44,387 nt of DNA from assembly GCA_947003375.1 (NCBI GenBank), contig CAMQOJ010000001.1:1-44387 (forward strand). Reading direction: 5' to 3'. How positions within the stretch are numbered: position 1 is the first letter of the stretch; every line of letters begins with the position of its first letter. The position numbers were made by a program, and so were the translations under genes. A model generated the notes under the pieces. The model was not told the origin of the DNA, searched no databases, and was given only the letters and a program-made list of their open reading frames with translations. Positions 28,471-38,197 of the stretch are shown piece by piece. The stretch comes from an uncultured Lachnospiraceae bacterium. GTDB lineage: Bacteria > Bacillota > Clostridia > Lachnospirales > Lachnospiraceae.

Positions 28471-28571
28471 ATGAAATATCCGGCTCCTCTCTGCTCCTGT
28501 CCCTGTCGCCCCATTGTGTTCCCTGGTCTCGCTCAGGCAGCGCAAAACCCTAAAACTCTGTATTTTCCCAC

Positions 28572-28600
28572 TTGCAGAATATACAGGGTTGTGGTAATAT
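28572..28600 (+). promoter_or_regulatory. Sigma-A promoter far upstream of the next CDS
   Basis: TTGCAG-N17-TAATAT with extended TG. Confidence 0.5.
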
Positions 28601-28914
28601 AAGAGCGAGAATTCAAGAGCATACGGTGTACCGCCACAGGGAGCTGCAACTCCCTGCGGCAAAGCTGGTATCGTACCTACCACACAATACAGAACAAGTC
28701 TGCGATACACACAAGGATTATTATAAAGCAGATGCTGGTTTTTTGCAATCTCTTTGTGTCGTTTTCACGGAACCGTTTCTGAACCTTATACATAGACAGG
28801 GTGAAAGTGTGGATGCATACTTTACACCCTGTTCTTGATTTCTCACAAGAGCTGCCCAAAATGGCGGAGCAATCTGCCATGGAGGGCGCTTGAAGTGAGG
28901 AATCGGAGCTTCCG

Positions 28915-28958
28915 GAGAGCTGCGATTAGTTTTGATGCTTGTTGCGGCTCTCTTTTTT
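28915..28958 (+). terminator. Intrinsic terminator within the leader region
   Basis: GAGAGCTGCGAT...GTTGCGGCTCTC stem (with G-U pairs) followed by TTTTTT. Confidence 0.7.
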
Positions 28959-29070
28959 GACGGCGGATTTCTCGGGTACTGCTGGCTGTAAACAGTTTCC
29001 GGGGTTCCCGGCAAAAGCTTCCGATGGCTGTAATGGTATTAAGTTTAGAAATGGAGGGTGGGAGCAGAAA

Positions 29071-29740
29071 ATGAAGTGGAAACGGATGGCAAAAAAGACG
29101 ATGGCATTTCTGATTGGGATGGCGGTGTCATTGGGTACGGTGTGCAGTGATACCCCAATTGGGAGACTCTTGGGTGGCATGATTGAAGCCAGTGCTATGA
29201 CTCAGAGCGAGTTTGATGGTAAGCTTGCGGAGATTCAAAATCAGTATAAAACCGGTGCTAGCTATAGCAATCCATGGCCTACGGGCGGCTATGATTGTTA
29301 TGGGTATGCTCATTGGGTTGCAAATACAGTAACTGGCAGCAACAGCTATGAAGAAAGGGGATGGAATAAAATATATGACTTAACGCAAGTCCAAGTTGGT
29401 GATATTGTGCAATATGGAAATCAAGCTTGCAACGCTGCAGAGCAGAAAGTGTCCTTCGGCCACTTTGGTATTTGACCCTCGCGGCATTCGCCAACTGGCC
29501 GTGCAAGCATGGCCGCTTGGCTCATTGCCCGCAGGAATAAAGATCCTTGGCAAAAAAGCCTATACCCACATACTATATTTGTAAGTCTCTTTTGGCGCCC
29601 ACCCAGGAGGCGGAAGGGGCCAAACATGAGGAATGCTTGATATGCAGCCTGCGGCGCAGCGAGGGCACTGTCATCGACAAGCTCCCCCCTGCAGACCATG
29701 CCCACAGTTACGGCACTGAATGGAGGACAGATATCAGCTA
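29071..29740 (+). pseudogene. Remnant of a secreted surface protein: signal peptide plus partial NlpC/P60/CHAP-like domain, then a fragment of a Cys/His surface-protein repeat
   Basis: MKWKRMAKK...IEASA signal, GYDCYGYA..., VQVGDIVQYG; the protein-like sequence ends near 29420 (stop at 29475). A downstream fragment in another frame reads APTQEAEGAKHEECLICS...HAHSYGTEWRTD. Confidence 0.6.
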
Positions 29741-29808
29741 TGGCTTTCTTTCTCCATTCCTTGATGAAGATACCAATAGAGAGGAGATGTCAGCCCTCTT
29801 TTAACCAG

Positions 29809-29841
29809 GCCCCCGGCTGTATCGTGGATGCAGTCGGGGGC
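29809..29841. terminator. Stem-loop between the convergent pseudogene and MFS gene
   Basis: GCCCCCGGCTGTATC-GTG-GATGCAGTCGGGGGC. Confidence 0.5.
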
Positions 29842-29851
29842 TATCCTCGCC

Positions 29852-31108
29852 TCACCCCTTCCCGGAGCGCCTGCAGAACATTGCCGTTATCAGCACGATT
29901 GCCAGCAGATACAGCACGCAGGACAATAACGACAATATCTGCTGGGCATAGACATGCATCCCCAGGAACATGTTGCCATTGTCCTGCACATATGTCACCA
30001 GCGGGCTTGCCAGCAGCGTGGTCGCGAACCCGCATATCCCCGCCACCACCTGGGTCACCGCCAGCGCGTCCGCCCGCTTTGAGGCGTCCACGTAGTCGAA
30101 CACCACATTCATGGCCGCGTTCCCAATCCCCGCCATGGCCATGGCATAGCAGACATAATAAGTGGTAAATAACAGCTTCCCGTTCTCCGGCACCGTGAAC
30201 ACATTAATCAGGCACCCAACCGCCGCCACGGCCATGCAGGCCCGCATCATCCGCGCGAAGGAGCGCCTGTCCGCATAGGCCCCCCAGACGAAGGAGAACA
30301 GAATCCGGACAGAGCTGTACAGGATTCCCAGCACGGACACATATTTCAGCCCGAATCCCAGCTCCTTGATCTGGTAGCTTCCGTAGAAGGGCACCGCCAC
30401 ATAGTTGGCAGCGTGCCAGATGACCAACACCGCCGTCACCCGCAGCACGTTCCTGTCCCGGATGATGCCGAACCGACCGCCACGGCCGGTTCCGGAGGAG
30501 GCCCCTTCCCTCTCCTCCTTCTCCGCGGCCAGCACCATGGTCAGGGTATGGAGCACCGTCAGCACGAGGATCACCCCGGCGCAGATGGCAAAAGATTTCC
30601 GAATCTGACCTATTCCCCTGTAGTAATCTGACATGGAGCCCATCACATAGGAAAAGACCATCCCCGTCAGCAAAGACACCATCTCCTTCACGGAGGTGTA
30701 CCTGCCCCGGCTCCCGTCCTCCACCATGGACATGAGCCAGTCGATCTTCTTCGGATGCACGATGTTGTACAGGAAATAGGCCAAAGTGACGGCCCCTATG
30801 AACAGGGCGGTCTTCCACCCGGGTGGCAGCCCTGTCAGCGGTATCACGTACAGGCACATGAAGACCAGCTGGTTCATCACGCTGAACAGAACCACCCTCC
30901 TTTTAATGTTTTTCCGCATAAAAATAGACAATAATTGGAACGCCTGTCCCAGGGAGATGATGGCCGAGATGACTCCCGTCAGGCTGTCAGAGATTCCAAG
31001 CTGGGCCGTCACCGCCGCCAGGAAGGAGCCCGCCACCAACAGCGAGATGAAATATTCAAAGTCTGCCTGCAATATGTAGAGAATCCGTGTCCTTCTGTGC
31101 TTATCCAT
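29852..31108 (-). CDS. MFS transporter
   Basis: About 12 hydrophobic segments in two halves; RGRY and WGAYADRRS (MFS motif-A-like). Confidence 0.85.
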   Translation of the reverse strand: MDKHRRTRILYILQADFEYFISLLVAGSFLAAVTAQLGISDSLTGVISAIISLGQAFQLLSIFMRKNIKRRVVLFSVMNQLVFMCLYVIPLTGLPPGWKTALFIGAVTLAYFLYNIVHPKKIDWLMSMVEDGSRGRYTSVKEMVSLLTGMVFSYVMGSMSDYYRGIGQIRKSFAICAGVILVLTVLHTLTMVLAAEKEEREGASSGTGRGGRFGIIRDRNVLRVTAVLVIWHAANYVAVPFYGSYQIKELGFGLKYVSVLGILYSSVRILFSFVWGAYADRRSFARMMRACMAVAAVGCLINVFTVPENGKLLFTTYYVCYAMAMAGIGNAAMNVVFDYVDASKRADALAVTQVVAGICGFATTLLASPLVTYVQDNGNMFLGMHVYAQQILSLLSCVLYLLAIVLITAMFCRRSGKG

Positions 31109-31157
31109 AACCAGACCGCCTCATGACCGCTTCCCGCGGGGATAGAATTTCCGTTTT

Positions 31158-33035
31158 TCAGGTCTCCGCCACGAAGCCCGCGAAAGAGAAGGGCTCCATC
31201 TGTGACAGATATACCCGGTTCCCCTCCAGCCGTCCCCTGCAGTTCAGGAACCGGATGCCCCGGCAGGCATGCTCCAGCTCTATCACCGGCTCATAGATGC
31301 CGTCCGGGCAGATGTTCCACAGCCCCACCGCCAGCTCCCTCTCATCCTGCTTGCACAGGAGATAGAGGTCCGGATTCCCCAGAGAGCACGCGGGCAGCGC
31401 CCTGCCTGTGAGCCGCCCCACGGCCTTCACCAACTGCCTGGCGCGGCTGTAGGACCGGTACATGTTCTCATTGTTGAAATAGGCGTCGAAGGCGAATACC
31501 CAGAAGCGGTGCCCCTCCCCGTTCTCGTAGAAAAACGCCCCAGGGGCCTTCTTCTCCTGCCCGTCCTCCATATAGGCAATGGAACTGTCCACCTCTGCCC
31601 GTTCGTCCAGCTCCATCACATGGGCCGTGTAAGCGCCGTATACAAATTCCTCTTCCCCGGCGAAATATTCCCCTTTTACCGTCACTTTCTCAACCATTCT
31701 ACGTATCCCCGTATCAATCCCCCGCTCCCCCAGCAGCCTGGCCGCCTCCGCGTCTATGATGACGCCCCGGCGCAGCGCGCTGTCGGGGACTATTCTGATA
31801 TTCTCCCCGAAGGCGATGCCGCAGATCCCCTCGCCCTCATATACCGTGGGCAGGGAATTGTCGGCCAGCATCCTGGCGGCGATGGGAAAGAAGGCATTCT
31901 CCACATCGCAGCTCCCCGCCTTTTCCCCGGGGATCACCATGTCCGCGAATTTCTTCATGGACTCGTACACCCTGACGCCGCAGGCCTCTTTCCCCGAGAA
32001 GTTCTCCTCTATGGCGGCGTACAGCGCCCCGTTCCTGCAGTGCCTCTCCACATAGCCCTTCTCGTAATCCGGGTGCAGATAATAGGTCATGACGTATTTC
32101 AGGATCCCGTCCACAGTGCCGTCCGCCCGCAGCGCCATGTCGAACAGCTCCAGATAGCTGGCCGGGGTCTTGTGCCGCAGCCTGGGGCAGCTGTCCCCCT
32201 CGCCGATGATCTCTATCCCCTCGCCGCACCAGCTGCGCTCCATCCTGCTCAGCTCGATCACATGCTGGAGGCGGTTCCCCCAGTACCGCTCCGGGGCCCA
32301 GTAGGGCGCGCCGATCAGCCGCAGGAAGGGCTTCGTGTCCCCCGCCAGGATCCTGCTGACGGAGGCCGCGTCGATGCCGTCGTTGTCCCAGAGGGACATG
32401 CAGGCGCACACACCCAGCCGGACCCGGGGATTCACCCTGTCCACATGGGCCCGCATTTCCCTGGCGAACAGCTCCAGGCTCTGGCCGTTCACTGCCAGGT
32501 AAGCGTCCCTGTAGGGATTCTTTCCCCCGGCGAAGGCTTTTTCCCGCAGCTTGTCCGCCGTCAGCTCCTCCCCCAGGATCTCCCCCATCTTCCGCAGGTG
32601 TTTCCCGCAGGCGCAGCCCATGCCGTCCCTGAAGCCATATCTGTAGTCGTCATCGAAGAGGATGATGTCCACCCCCGTACCGGCCAGGTCCTCCATATAC
32701 TCCCCGGCGAACTGCCGGAACCTCTCGTCCAGGGGACAGCACCCCTTCTGAGGCAGGGGGCCTCCCTCCAGGGATTCCATCAGCGTGAAGTCATGATCCC
32801 CCTCCACCGTGAAGGTCCACAGCCACACCCCTGTCTCCAGCCCGTTCTCATGGAAGAATCTGCTGTTCTCCTCCAGCATCTCCAGCTCCCGGGCCCTCTC
32901 CGCCCTGTCCGTGACATAGGTGTCGATGCTCAGGAATACCCTTTCCGCACCCATTCTCCTCAACAGGTCCAGGATAGTCTCCTTTCCCACCTTCTGCACC
33001 ATTCCGTTCCTCACCGGCACTGATAGTCTGTACAT
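31158..33035 (-). CDS. Uncharacterised glycoside-hydrolase-like protein
   Basis: 625 aa, no signal peptide. Motifs GVWLW, CPLDERF, ILFDDDYRY, CACGKH and PFLRLIGAPYW; lies within a sugar ABC locus. ATG follows AAGGAGGAG. Confidence 0.55.
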   Translation of the reverse strand: MYRLSVPVRNGMVQKVGKETILDLLRRMGAERVFLSIDTYVTDRAERARELEMLEENSRFFHENGLETGVWLWTFTVEGDHDFTLMESLEGGPLPQKGCCPLDERFRQFAGEYMEDLAGTGVDIILFDDDYRYGFRDGMGCACGKHLRKMGEILGEELTADKLREKAFAGGKNPYRDAYLAVNGQSLELFAREMRAHVDRVNPRVRLGVCACMSLWDNDGIDAASVSRILAGDTKPFLRLIGAPYWAPERYWGNRLQHVIELSRMERSWCGEGIEIIGEGDSCPRLRHKTPASYLELFDMALRADGTVDGILKYVMTYYLHPDYEKGYVERHCRNGALYAAIEENFSGKEACGVRVYESMKKFADMVIPGEKAGSCDVENAFFPIAARMLADNSLPTVYEGEGICGIAFGENIRIVPDSALRRGVIIDAEAARLLGERGIDTGIRRMVEKVTVKGEYFAGEEEFVYGAYTAHVMELDERAEVDSSIAYMEDGQEKKAPGAFFYENGEGHRFWVFAFDAYFNNENMYRSYSRARQLVKAVGRLTGRALPACSLGNPDLYLLCKQDERELAVGLWNICPDGIYEPVIELEHACRGIRFLNCRGRLEGNRVYLSQMEPFSFAGFVAET

Positions 33036-33057
33036 ATGCTCCTCCTTTTCGGCCCGC

Positions 33058-35223
33058 TCAGGCCTCTTCGTCCCTCTCCTGTTCCCTCTTCCGGTAATCG
33101 GCGGCATTCATGCCGAATTTGTCCTTGAAGCACCTGCGGAAGCTGGACACGCTCTCGTACCCCACTGCCTTCGCTATGTCCTTGACGCTGTCCTGGGTGG
33201 TCCTCAGAAGCCCTGCCGCCCGCTCCATCCTGATCATGGTCAGGTATTCGATATAGGACAGCCCCAGGCGGCTGCGGAACACCTTGCTGACATAGGTCTT
33301 GCCGATCCCGCCCGCGGCGGCCACCTCCTCGAAGGTGAGGTCGCTGCGGCTGTAGTTCTCCTCGATGTAGCGGATCATCCTGGTGAATTTGTCCCCGTCC
33401 TTCTTCACCAGCTGGGCCTTCAGGACCTTCATCACCGTCCGGGTATATGTCTTCTCATCCCCCGCATCCATGTTCAGGCACTCCTTTAAGCAGACTTTTT
33501 CCTCCGGGCCGCCCCTGTCCAGATATTCCACCAGGCGGCTCAAAATGGCGTATCTGGCATACAGGCCGTTCTCCCGGGAGCACTCCCGCGCCGCGCTGCC
33601 CTCCATCATGTGCCAGAACAGCCCTATGGCCTCCTGGAAGTCCCGCTCCGCCAGCGCCCCCGAGAATTTCTCCAAAGCGGAGGCGTCCGGCAGGAAGCAT
33701 CCCGCCTCCTGCATCATATCCTCCCAGCAGCCGCAAAAGTCCCTGCCCGCCCCGGCCAGCACATGCTCCAGGGTCCTCACCGCCTCCCCGTAGGCGCAGT
33801 CTATCATCATGGGCTCCTCATAGACCCGGCTCATGCCGATGTGCACCCCGCCGAGGCCCTGCTGGTGCAGGCATTTCCTGATTTCCCCGGCCATCCCCTG
33901 CCTGCGGATTCGGTTCTCGTCCCGGGCCTGGATCTCGCACAGGAACACCTTGGCCTGAAGACCCTCCCGGGCCACATAAGCCTGCAGGCAGTCCTGCAGC
34001 ATGGACGGGACCCCCGGCCCTATGGGCGTCCCGGCGCTCACCGCGCAGACGAAGAAGCTGTCCGGAACCCCTTTCAGGCCCAGCTTCCGGAATACCGTGT
34101 CCAGCTCCGAGCAGCCCACCATGCCGTGGAAGATCATATGTGCGGTCTTCTCCAGCAACTGCGCGTCCCCCTCCAGCACCCGCTTTTCCAGCAGCCTGGC
34201 GTCCTCCAGCCCGCTTCTGATGATGTGCTCCAGGGAGCTGTAGATGCTGTTCGTGGGGAAAGCTCTGCCCGGATTCCCGCCTGCGATGTCCTCCAGGTAT
34301 CTGATCTCTTCCATGCGGCGCCTGTTCAGCCGCCGGGAGATGGCCGCCGACAGCAGGATTCCGGCGATGATCAGCGCCATATTGATGGCCTGCATCCGGT
34401 ACAGGCCGCTGCGCATGTCCCCGGAGGACTTCCTGTCGTAGAGCCTTACGGCGAAGCCGAATCCCTCCATGGTCTTCTCTATGACGCTGTACCGCCCGCT
34501 TTGGAGCCTGCCCTCCCACTCCTTTTCTGACAGCACTGTCATTTTCCCGGAATCGTCGCAGCCCATGGCCACGATGCTGCCGTTCCTGTCCTCCAGCTGA
34601 TACCACTGCTCCCCGTCCAGGGGCTGCAGCAGCTCCCCCACCTGCTCGAAGGGCAGCACGAAGTGGATGGAGACATGTCCGTCTTCCAGTTGGCGCGTCA
34701 CATAGCTGTACATCAGGTAGCCCTTCCTCACCACGGCGTCCTGCTGGAACAGAAGTGTCAGCGAATCCTCCGGGCACTCGATGGCCGCCAGGCCCTGGAG
34801 GACGCTCTCCTCCCCGCAGTTCAGATTGGAGGCGAAGTGGACCCTTTTGCTGGACAGGCCCATGGAGGAAAATGCGTACTCCGTGCCCTTGCACAGGAAC
34901 ACGTCCTTGATCCGGCTGTCGAAATACCGCTTCATGCGCAGCAGCTCGATTCCCTGCCTGGTCTGCTGGGGCGTGGTGTCTATCCGGTAGGGCAGCAGCT
35001 CCCAGCGCTCGGACAGCAGTATGCTCTCCTCATTGTACATGGAATAATAGGTCTCCAGCCTGGTCACGGCATTGTCCGCCTGGCTCCGGAGGTCCTCCTG
35101 CCCCATCCGCCTCATCTCCATGACAATCAGGGTGAACATGATGATGCTCACCGATAAAACAGGAACAATCAGACAGAAATTCGTCCAAAAAAGCTTTTTT
35201 GAAAATCTACTCCGCAGCAGCAT
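33058..35223 (-). CDS. Membrane-anchored AraC family regulator (YesS-like: TM, sensor, TM, C-terminal HTH)
   Basis: Two TM helices; C-terminal YIEENY...YVSKVFR...IAKAVGYESVSSFRRCFKDKFGMNAADYR. Confidence 0.88.
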   Translation of the reverse strand: MLLRSRFSKKLFWTNFCLIVPVLSVSIIMFTLIVMEMRRMGQEDLRSQADNAVTRLETYYSMYNEESILLSERWELLPYRIDTTPQQTRQGIELLRMKRYFDSRIKDVFLCKGTEYAFSSMGLSSKRVHFASNLNCGEESVLQGLAAIECPEDSLTLLFQQDAVVRKGYLMYSYVTRQLEDGHVSIHFVLPFEQVGELLQPLDGEQWYQLEDRNGSIVAMGCDDSGKMTVLSEKEWEGRLQSGRYSVIEKTMEGFGFAVRLYDRKSSGDMRSGLYRMQAINMALIIAGILLSAAISRRLNRRRMEEIRYLEDIAGGNPGRAFPTNSIYSSLEHIIRSGLEDARLLEKRVLEGDAQLLEKTAHMIFHGMVGCSELDTVFRKLGLKGVPDSFFVCAVSAGTPIGPGVPSMLQDCLQAYVAREGLQAKVFLCEIQARDENRIRRQGMAGEIRKCLHQQGLGGVHIGMSRVYEEPMMIDCAYGEAVRTLEHVLAGAGRDFCGCWEDMMQEAGCFLPDASALEKFSGALAERDFQEAIGLFWHMMEGSAARECSRENGLYARYAILSRLVEYLDRGGPEEKVCLKECLNMDAGDEKTYTRTVMKVLKAQLVKKDGDKFTRMIRYIEENYSRSDLTFEEVAAAGGIGKTYVSKVFRSRLGLSYIEYLTMIRMERAAGLLRTTQDSVKDIAKAVGYESVSSFRRCFKDKFGMNAADYRKREQERDEEA

Positions 35224-35276
35224 CCGCTTCTCCTCCAATTGCTCCAGTATATCACGGGGATAGGCTGTCCGTAAAG

Positions 35277-35306
35277 CCAGGGCGGCCTCATGGGAATCCG
35301 CCCTGG
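35277..35306 (-). promoter_or_regulatory. Stem-loop immediately after the solute-binding protein gene
   Basis: CCAGGGCGG-N12-CCGCCCTGG. Confidence 0.45.
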
Positions 35307-35316
35307 GCTATGCCGC

Positions 35317-37092
35317 TTAATTTCCCAGATATCTGTCGTATGCCGCCTGTTCAATCTCAAGCAGCCTCTCCAGGCCTATCTTGTCCAGCTCCGCCAGGTA
35401 GGCGTCCCAGCCGGCGTCTATGTCGGTCTCGCCGGTTATGAACTGAACCTTCGCCGTCACCAGGTAGTTGTATACGTCTGTGTACAGGGTGCTGCGGGTC
35501 TCCAGCTCTTCCGCGGTATATTTCACGTTGGGATAGACCGATATGACTTCCACGCCCTCTTCCCTTATGGCGATTTCCCGCAGCAGACTCATACCGCCGG
35601 CCTCGATGAATCTGTCCTCATACAGCTCTTCCCTTGTGGCTTCTTTCATGGCATCTTCCAGACCGCCCTTTATGTCCGTCCAATAAATGGTGAAGACATT
35701 AGCCGCAATGGCCTTCTGGGCGTAGAAATCACTGATATTGTCGAAGCCCGCGGCCTCAGCATATGGCTTGTAATCTATCTGCTGAATCCCATCCTCCTCC
35801 ACAAGGTCAAATGATACACCTTCATATCCATGCTTGGCGGAGACGGAGCCCTCATACGTAAACAGATAGTCCACGAATCTGGCGACTTCCTCCGGATGCT
35901 CCGTGTCCGCGCTGGCGGCCAGCATATATGCATTGTCCGCACGGTTATAGACGACATTCGTGCGTACGGGATTGTACTCCGAAGTGAACCCGTTGACCAC
36001 AATCCAGTCCCTCACGTCCCCTGGCAGGGAGGCCCAGGTCTGCCAGTATCCCACCTTTCCGTCCTGGTGCTTCGCCTCCACCTCACTGTATGTGGTGACG
36101 AACGCGTCCACATTCATCAGCCCCTCTTCATACAGCTTATGCATGAAGCGCAGATACTCCTTGTAATTCTCTGTAGTATCACCCAAGACTATTTTGTTGC
36201 CGTCCTGTGGCATCAGGTAGAAAGCCTCACTGCGTCCATATATGCCGTAGGCCCAGAGAATCGGCATGTCTGTCCAGAAGACAGTATCTGCCCGCCCCAT
36301 GGGGATTTCATCCGTAGGGTCGCCGTTGCCGTTGGCATCCTGTTCCTTGAACGCTTTCAGCACATTATAGAGGTCATCCACGGTCTTAGGCTCTTCCAGA
36401 TTCAGATTGTCCATCCATTTCTTGTTCATAAAGATGGGACGAACCATGATATACTCCGAGCTGGCTGTCAAAGTAGAAAATGCATAGATATTCCCCTGTT
36501 CATTGGTAATCGCAGCGGCATATTCCGGATACTCCTCCATCCTTTTCTTCAGGTTCGGCATGATGTCAAGATATTCGGCAAAATCCAAAAGATATCCCTC
36601 CTTGCCGTATTTTTCCACATCTATGGATGTCATATTGGCGTATGCGATGATATCCGGCATTTCATCGGAGGCCATCATCAGCGTCAGCTTGGAGGGCCAC
36701 TGCTCCAGGTCATAGGCGCTCACGTCAAAGCGGATGCCCAGCCTTTTTTCGTACTCCTTGAACTGATCCGTGGATGCGAAATCCGTGGTGTACTGTCCGG
36801 CCACGTAGCGCGCCGCAAGGCTCAGGGTGATTGTCTCCTCGGATATCCTGCTGAATTTTTCTGTCTCATCATCGCCTCCGCTGCTCTCCCCCTCCGCAGC
36901 CGCGCCGCCGTCTTCCCCGGCCTGCACTTCATTCTCGTCTTCTTTCGCCTCAGACGCTCCAGCTTCTTCCACAGGCTGGCTCTCACCATCCTGGTTTCCG
37001 CCGCTTCCCCCATCCTGTCCGCAGCCTGTCAACGCGCCGCACACCATGGTAGCGGCCAGAAGCACGCTCAGCATATTCTTTCTTCTCTTCAT
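35317..37092 (-). CDS. ABC transporter substrate-binding lipoprotein (LplA-like)
   Basis: Lipobox LTGC, MPDI, PKTVDDLYNVLKAFKEQDANGNG..DEIP, AAYDRY. Confidence 0.92.
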   Translation of the reverse strand: MKRRKNMLSVLLAATMVCGALTGCGQDGGSGGNQDGESQPVEEAGASEAKEDENEVQAGEDGGAAAEGESSGGDDETEKFSRISEETITLSLAARYVAGQYTTDFASTDQFKEYEKRLGIRFDVSAYDLEQWPSKLTLMMASDEMPDIIAYANMTSIDVEKYGKEGYLLDFAEYLDIMPNLKKRMEEYPEYAAAITNEQGNIYAFSTLTASSEYIMVRPIFMNKKWMDNLNLEEPKTVDDLYNVLKAFKEQDANGNGDPTDEIPMGRADTVFWTDMPILWAYGIYGRSEAFYLMPQDGNKIVLGDTTENYKEYLRFMHKLYEEGLMNVDAFVTTYSEVEAKHQDGKVGYWQTWASLPGDVRDWIVVNGFTSEYNPVRTNVVYNRADNAYMLAASADTEHPEEVARFVDYLFTYEGSVSAKHGYEGVSFDLVEEDGIQQIDYKPYAEAAGFDNISDFYAQKAIAANVFTIYWTDIKGGLEDAMKEATREELYEDRFIEAGGMSLLREIAIREEGVEVISVYPNVKYTAEELETRSTLYTDVYNYLVTAKVQFITGETDIDAGWDAYLAELDKIGLERLLEIEQAAYDRYLGN

Positions 37093-37249
37093 TCTAACTC
37101 CTCCATTTTTATCGTTTTGAGATTGATTTTTCTTCGGCCTTCTTTTTTAGTTCTCCTGTTCCCTTCTTTTCCCTCTTTCTTTCTTTGTTTCCTCTGGTTT
37201 TCTGGTTACCTTGGTTTTCCTTTGGCCCCTGCCGCTCCTTTCCTCCTTC

Positions 37250-38164
37250 CTAGCCCTTTATGGAGCCAATCATCACGCCCTTTTCAAAAAACTTCTGCAG
37301 CTTCGGATATATCAGCATCATAGGCAGCGTGGCCACGATAATCACGCAGTACTTCACCAGATTGGCGGACTTGGCTGCCTCCTGCATGAGCCTGACCTGC
37401 TCCTGTGTCATTCCAGCCTGATCGCTGACCTGGTTCATCACCTTGCTGTCCAGCAGAATCTCCCGCAGGAACATCTGCAGGGGATATTTCTCCCTGTCGT
37501 CCAGATAAATCATGGCGTTGAAATAGGAATTCCAGTGCCCCACCCCGTAGTACAGCCCCATCACCGCCACGATGGCCTTGGACAGGGGCATGACGATCCT
37601 GGAAAAGATGCCGAAGTCGCTACAGCCGTCTATCCTGGCCGCGTCCGCCAGCTCCCCGGGAATCGTATTTGCGAAGAATGTCCGGGCCACGATCATATTA
37701 TAGACGGAAAGCGCGCCGTCGATGATCATGATCAGCCTGGTATTCACCAGCCCGAAAGATTTCATGTTCAGGTATCCCGGAATCAGCCCGCCCCCCACAT
37801 ACATGGTGACCATGAACACCACCATCAGGCCGCCACGCCCCACCAGGTCCTCCCTGGACAGCGCGTAGGCGCAGGGCAGCGTCACCGCCAGGTTCAGCAG
37901 GGTGCCCGCCACGGTATACAGCACCGTATTGGCATACCCCATCCAGATTTCCTTGTACTGGAACACGAATTCATAGCCCTCCAGCGTGAACCCTATGGGC
38001 CACAGCACCAGCTCCCCCGCCATGACCGCGTCCGGATCGCTGAAGGAAGAGCTAATCACGTACAGAATCGGATACAGCTCCACACAGAAGAACAGGATCA
38101 GGATCACCGTCACGCAGATCTGGAAGAAATTGCTCCCGCTCATGTACCGTCTCAATGCTTTCAT
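37250..38164 (-). CDS. Carbohydrate ABC permease (LplC-like)
   Basis: SSSFSDP, GGGLIPGYL, ELADAARIDGCS, HWNSYF, FEKGVMIGSIKG. Confidence 0.93.
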   Translation of the reverse strand: MKALRRYMSGSNFFQICVTVILILFFCVELYPILYVISSSFSDPDAVMAGELVLWPIGFTLEGYEFVFQYKEIWMGYANTVLYTVAGTLLNLAVTLPCAYALSREDLVGRGGLMVVFMVTMYVGGGLIPGYLNMKSFGLVNTRLIMIIDGALSVYNMIVARTFFANTIPGELADAARIDGCSDFGIFSRIVMPLSKAIVAVMGLYYGVGHWNSYFNAMIYLDDREKYPLQMFLREILLDSKVMNQVSDQAGMTQEQVRLMQEAAKSANLVKYCVIIVATLPMMLIYPKLQKFFEKGVMIGSIKG

Positions 38165-38197
38165 ATCATTTCCACCCCTTCCCCGGATTCGCTCCTT

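Noticed and set aside
28846-28960. Firm call as a c-di-GMP-I or c-di-GMP-II riboswitch
   Set aside because: The resemblance is only partial (GNRA stem, GGGCGCTTGA). The GACGCAAAG and GTGCAACC consensus elements are missing, so it is kept only as an unassigned candidate RNA.
29566-29584. NrdR-box-like CATACTATATTTGT
   Set aside because: It is a single imperfect copy with no nucleotide-reductase gene nearby.
37120-37250. Pyrimidine-rich (minus-strand purine-rich) intergenic tract
   Set aside because: It is low complexity with no periodic unit or stable structure, so no function can be supported.
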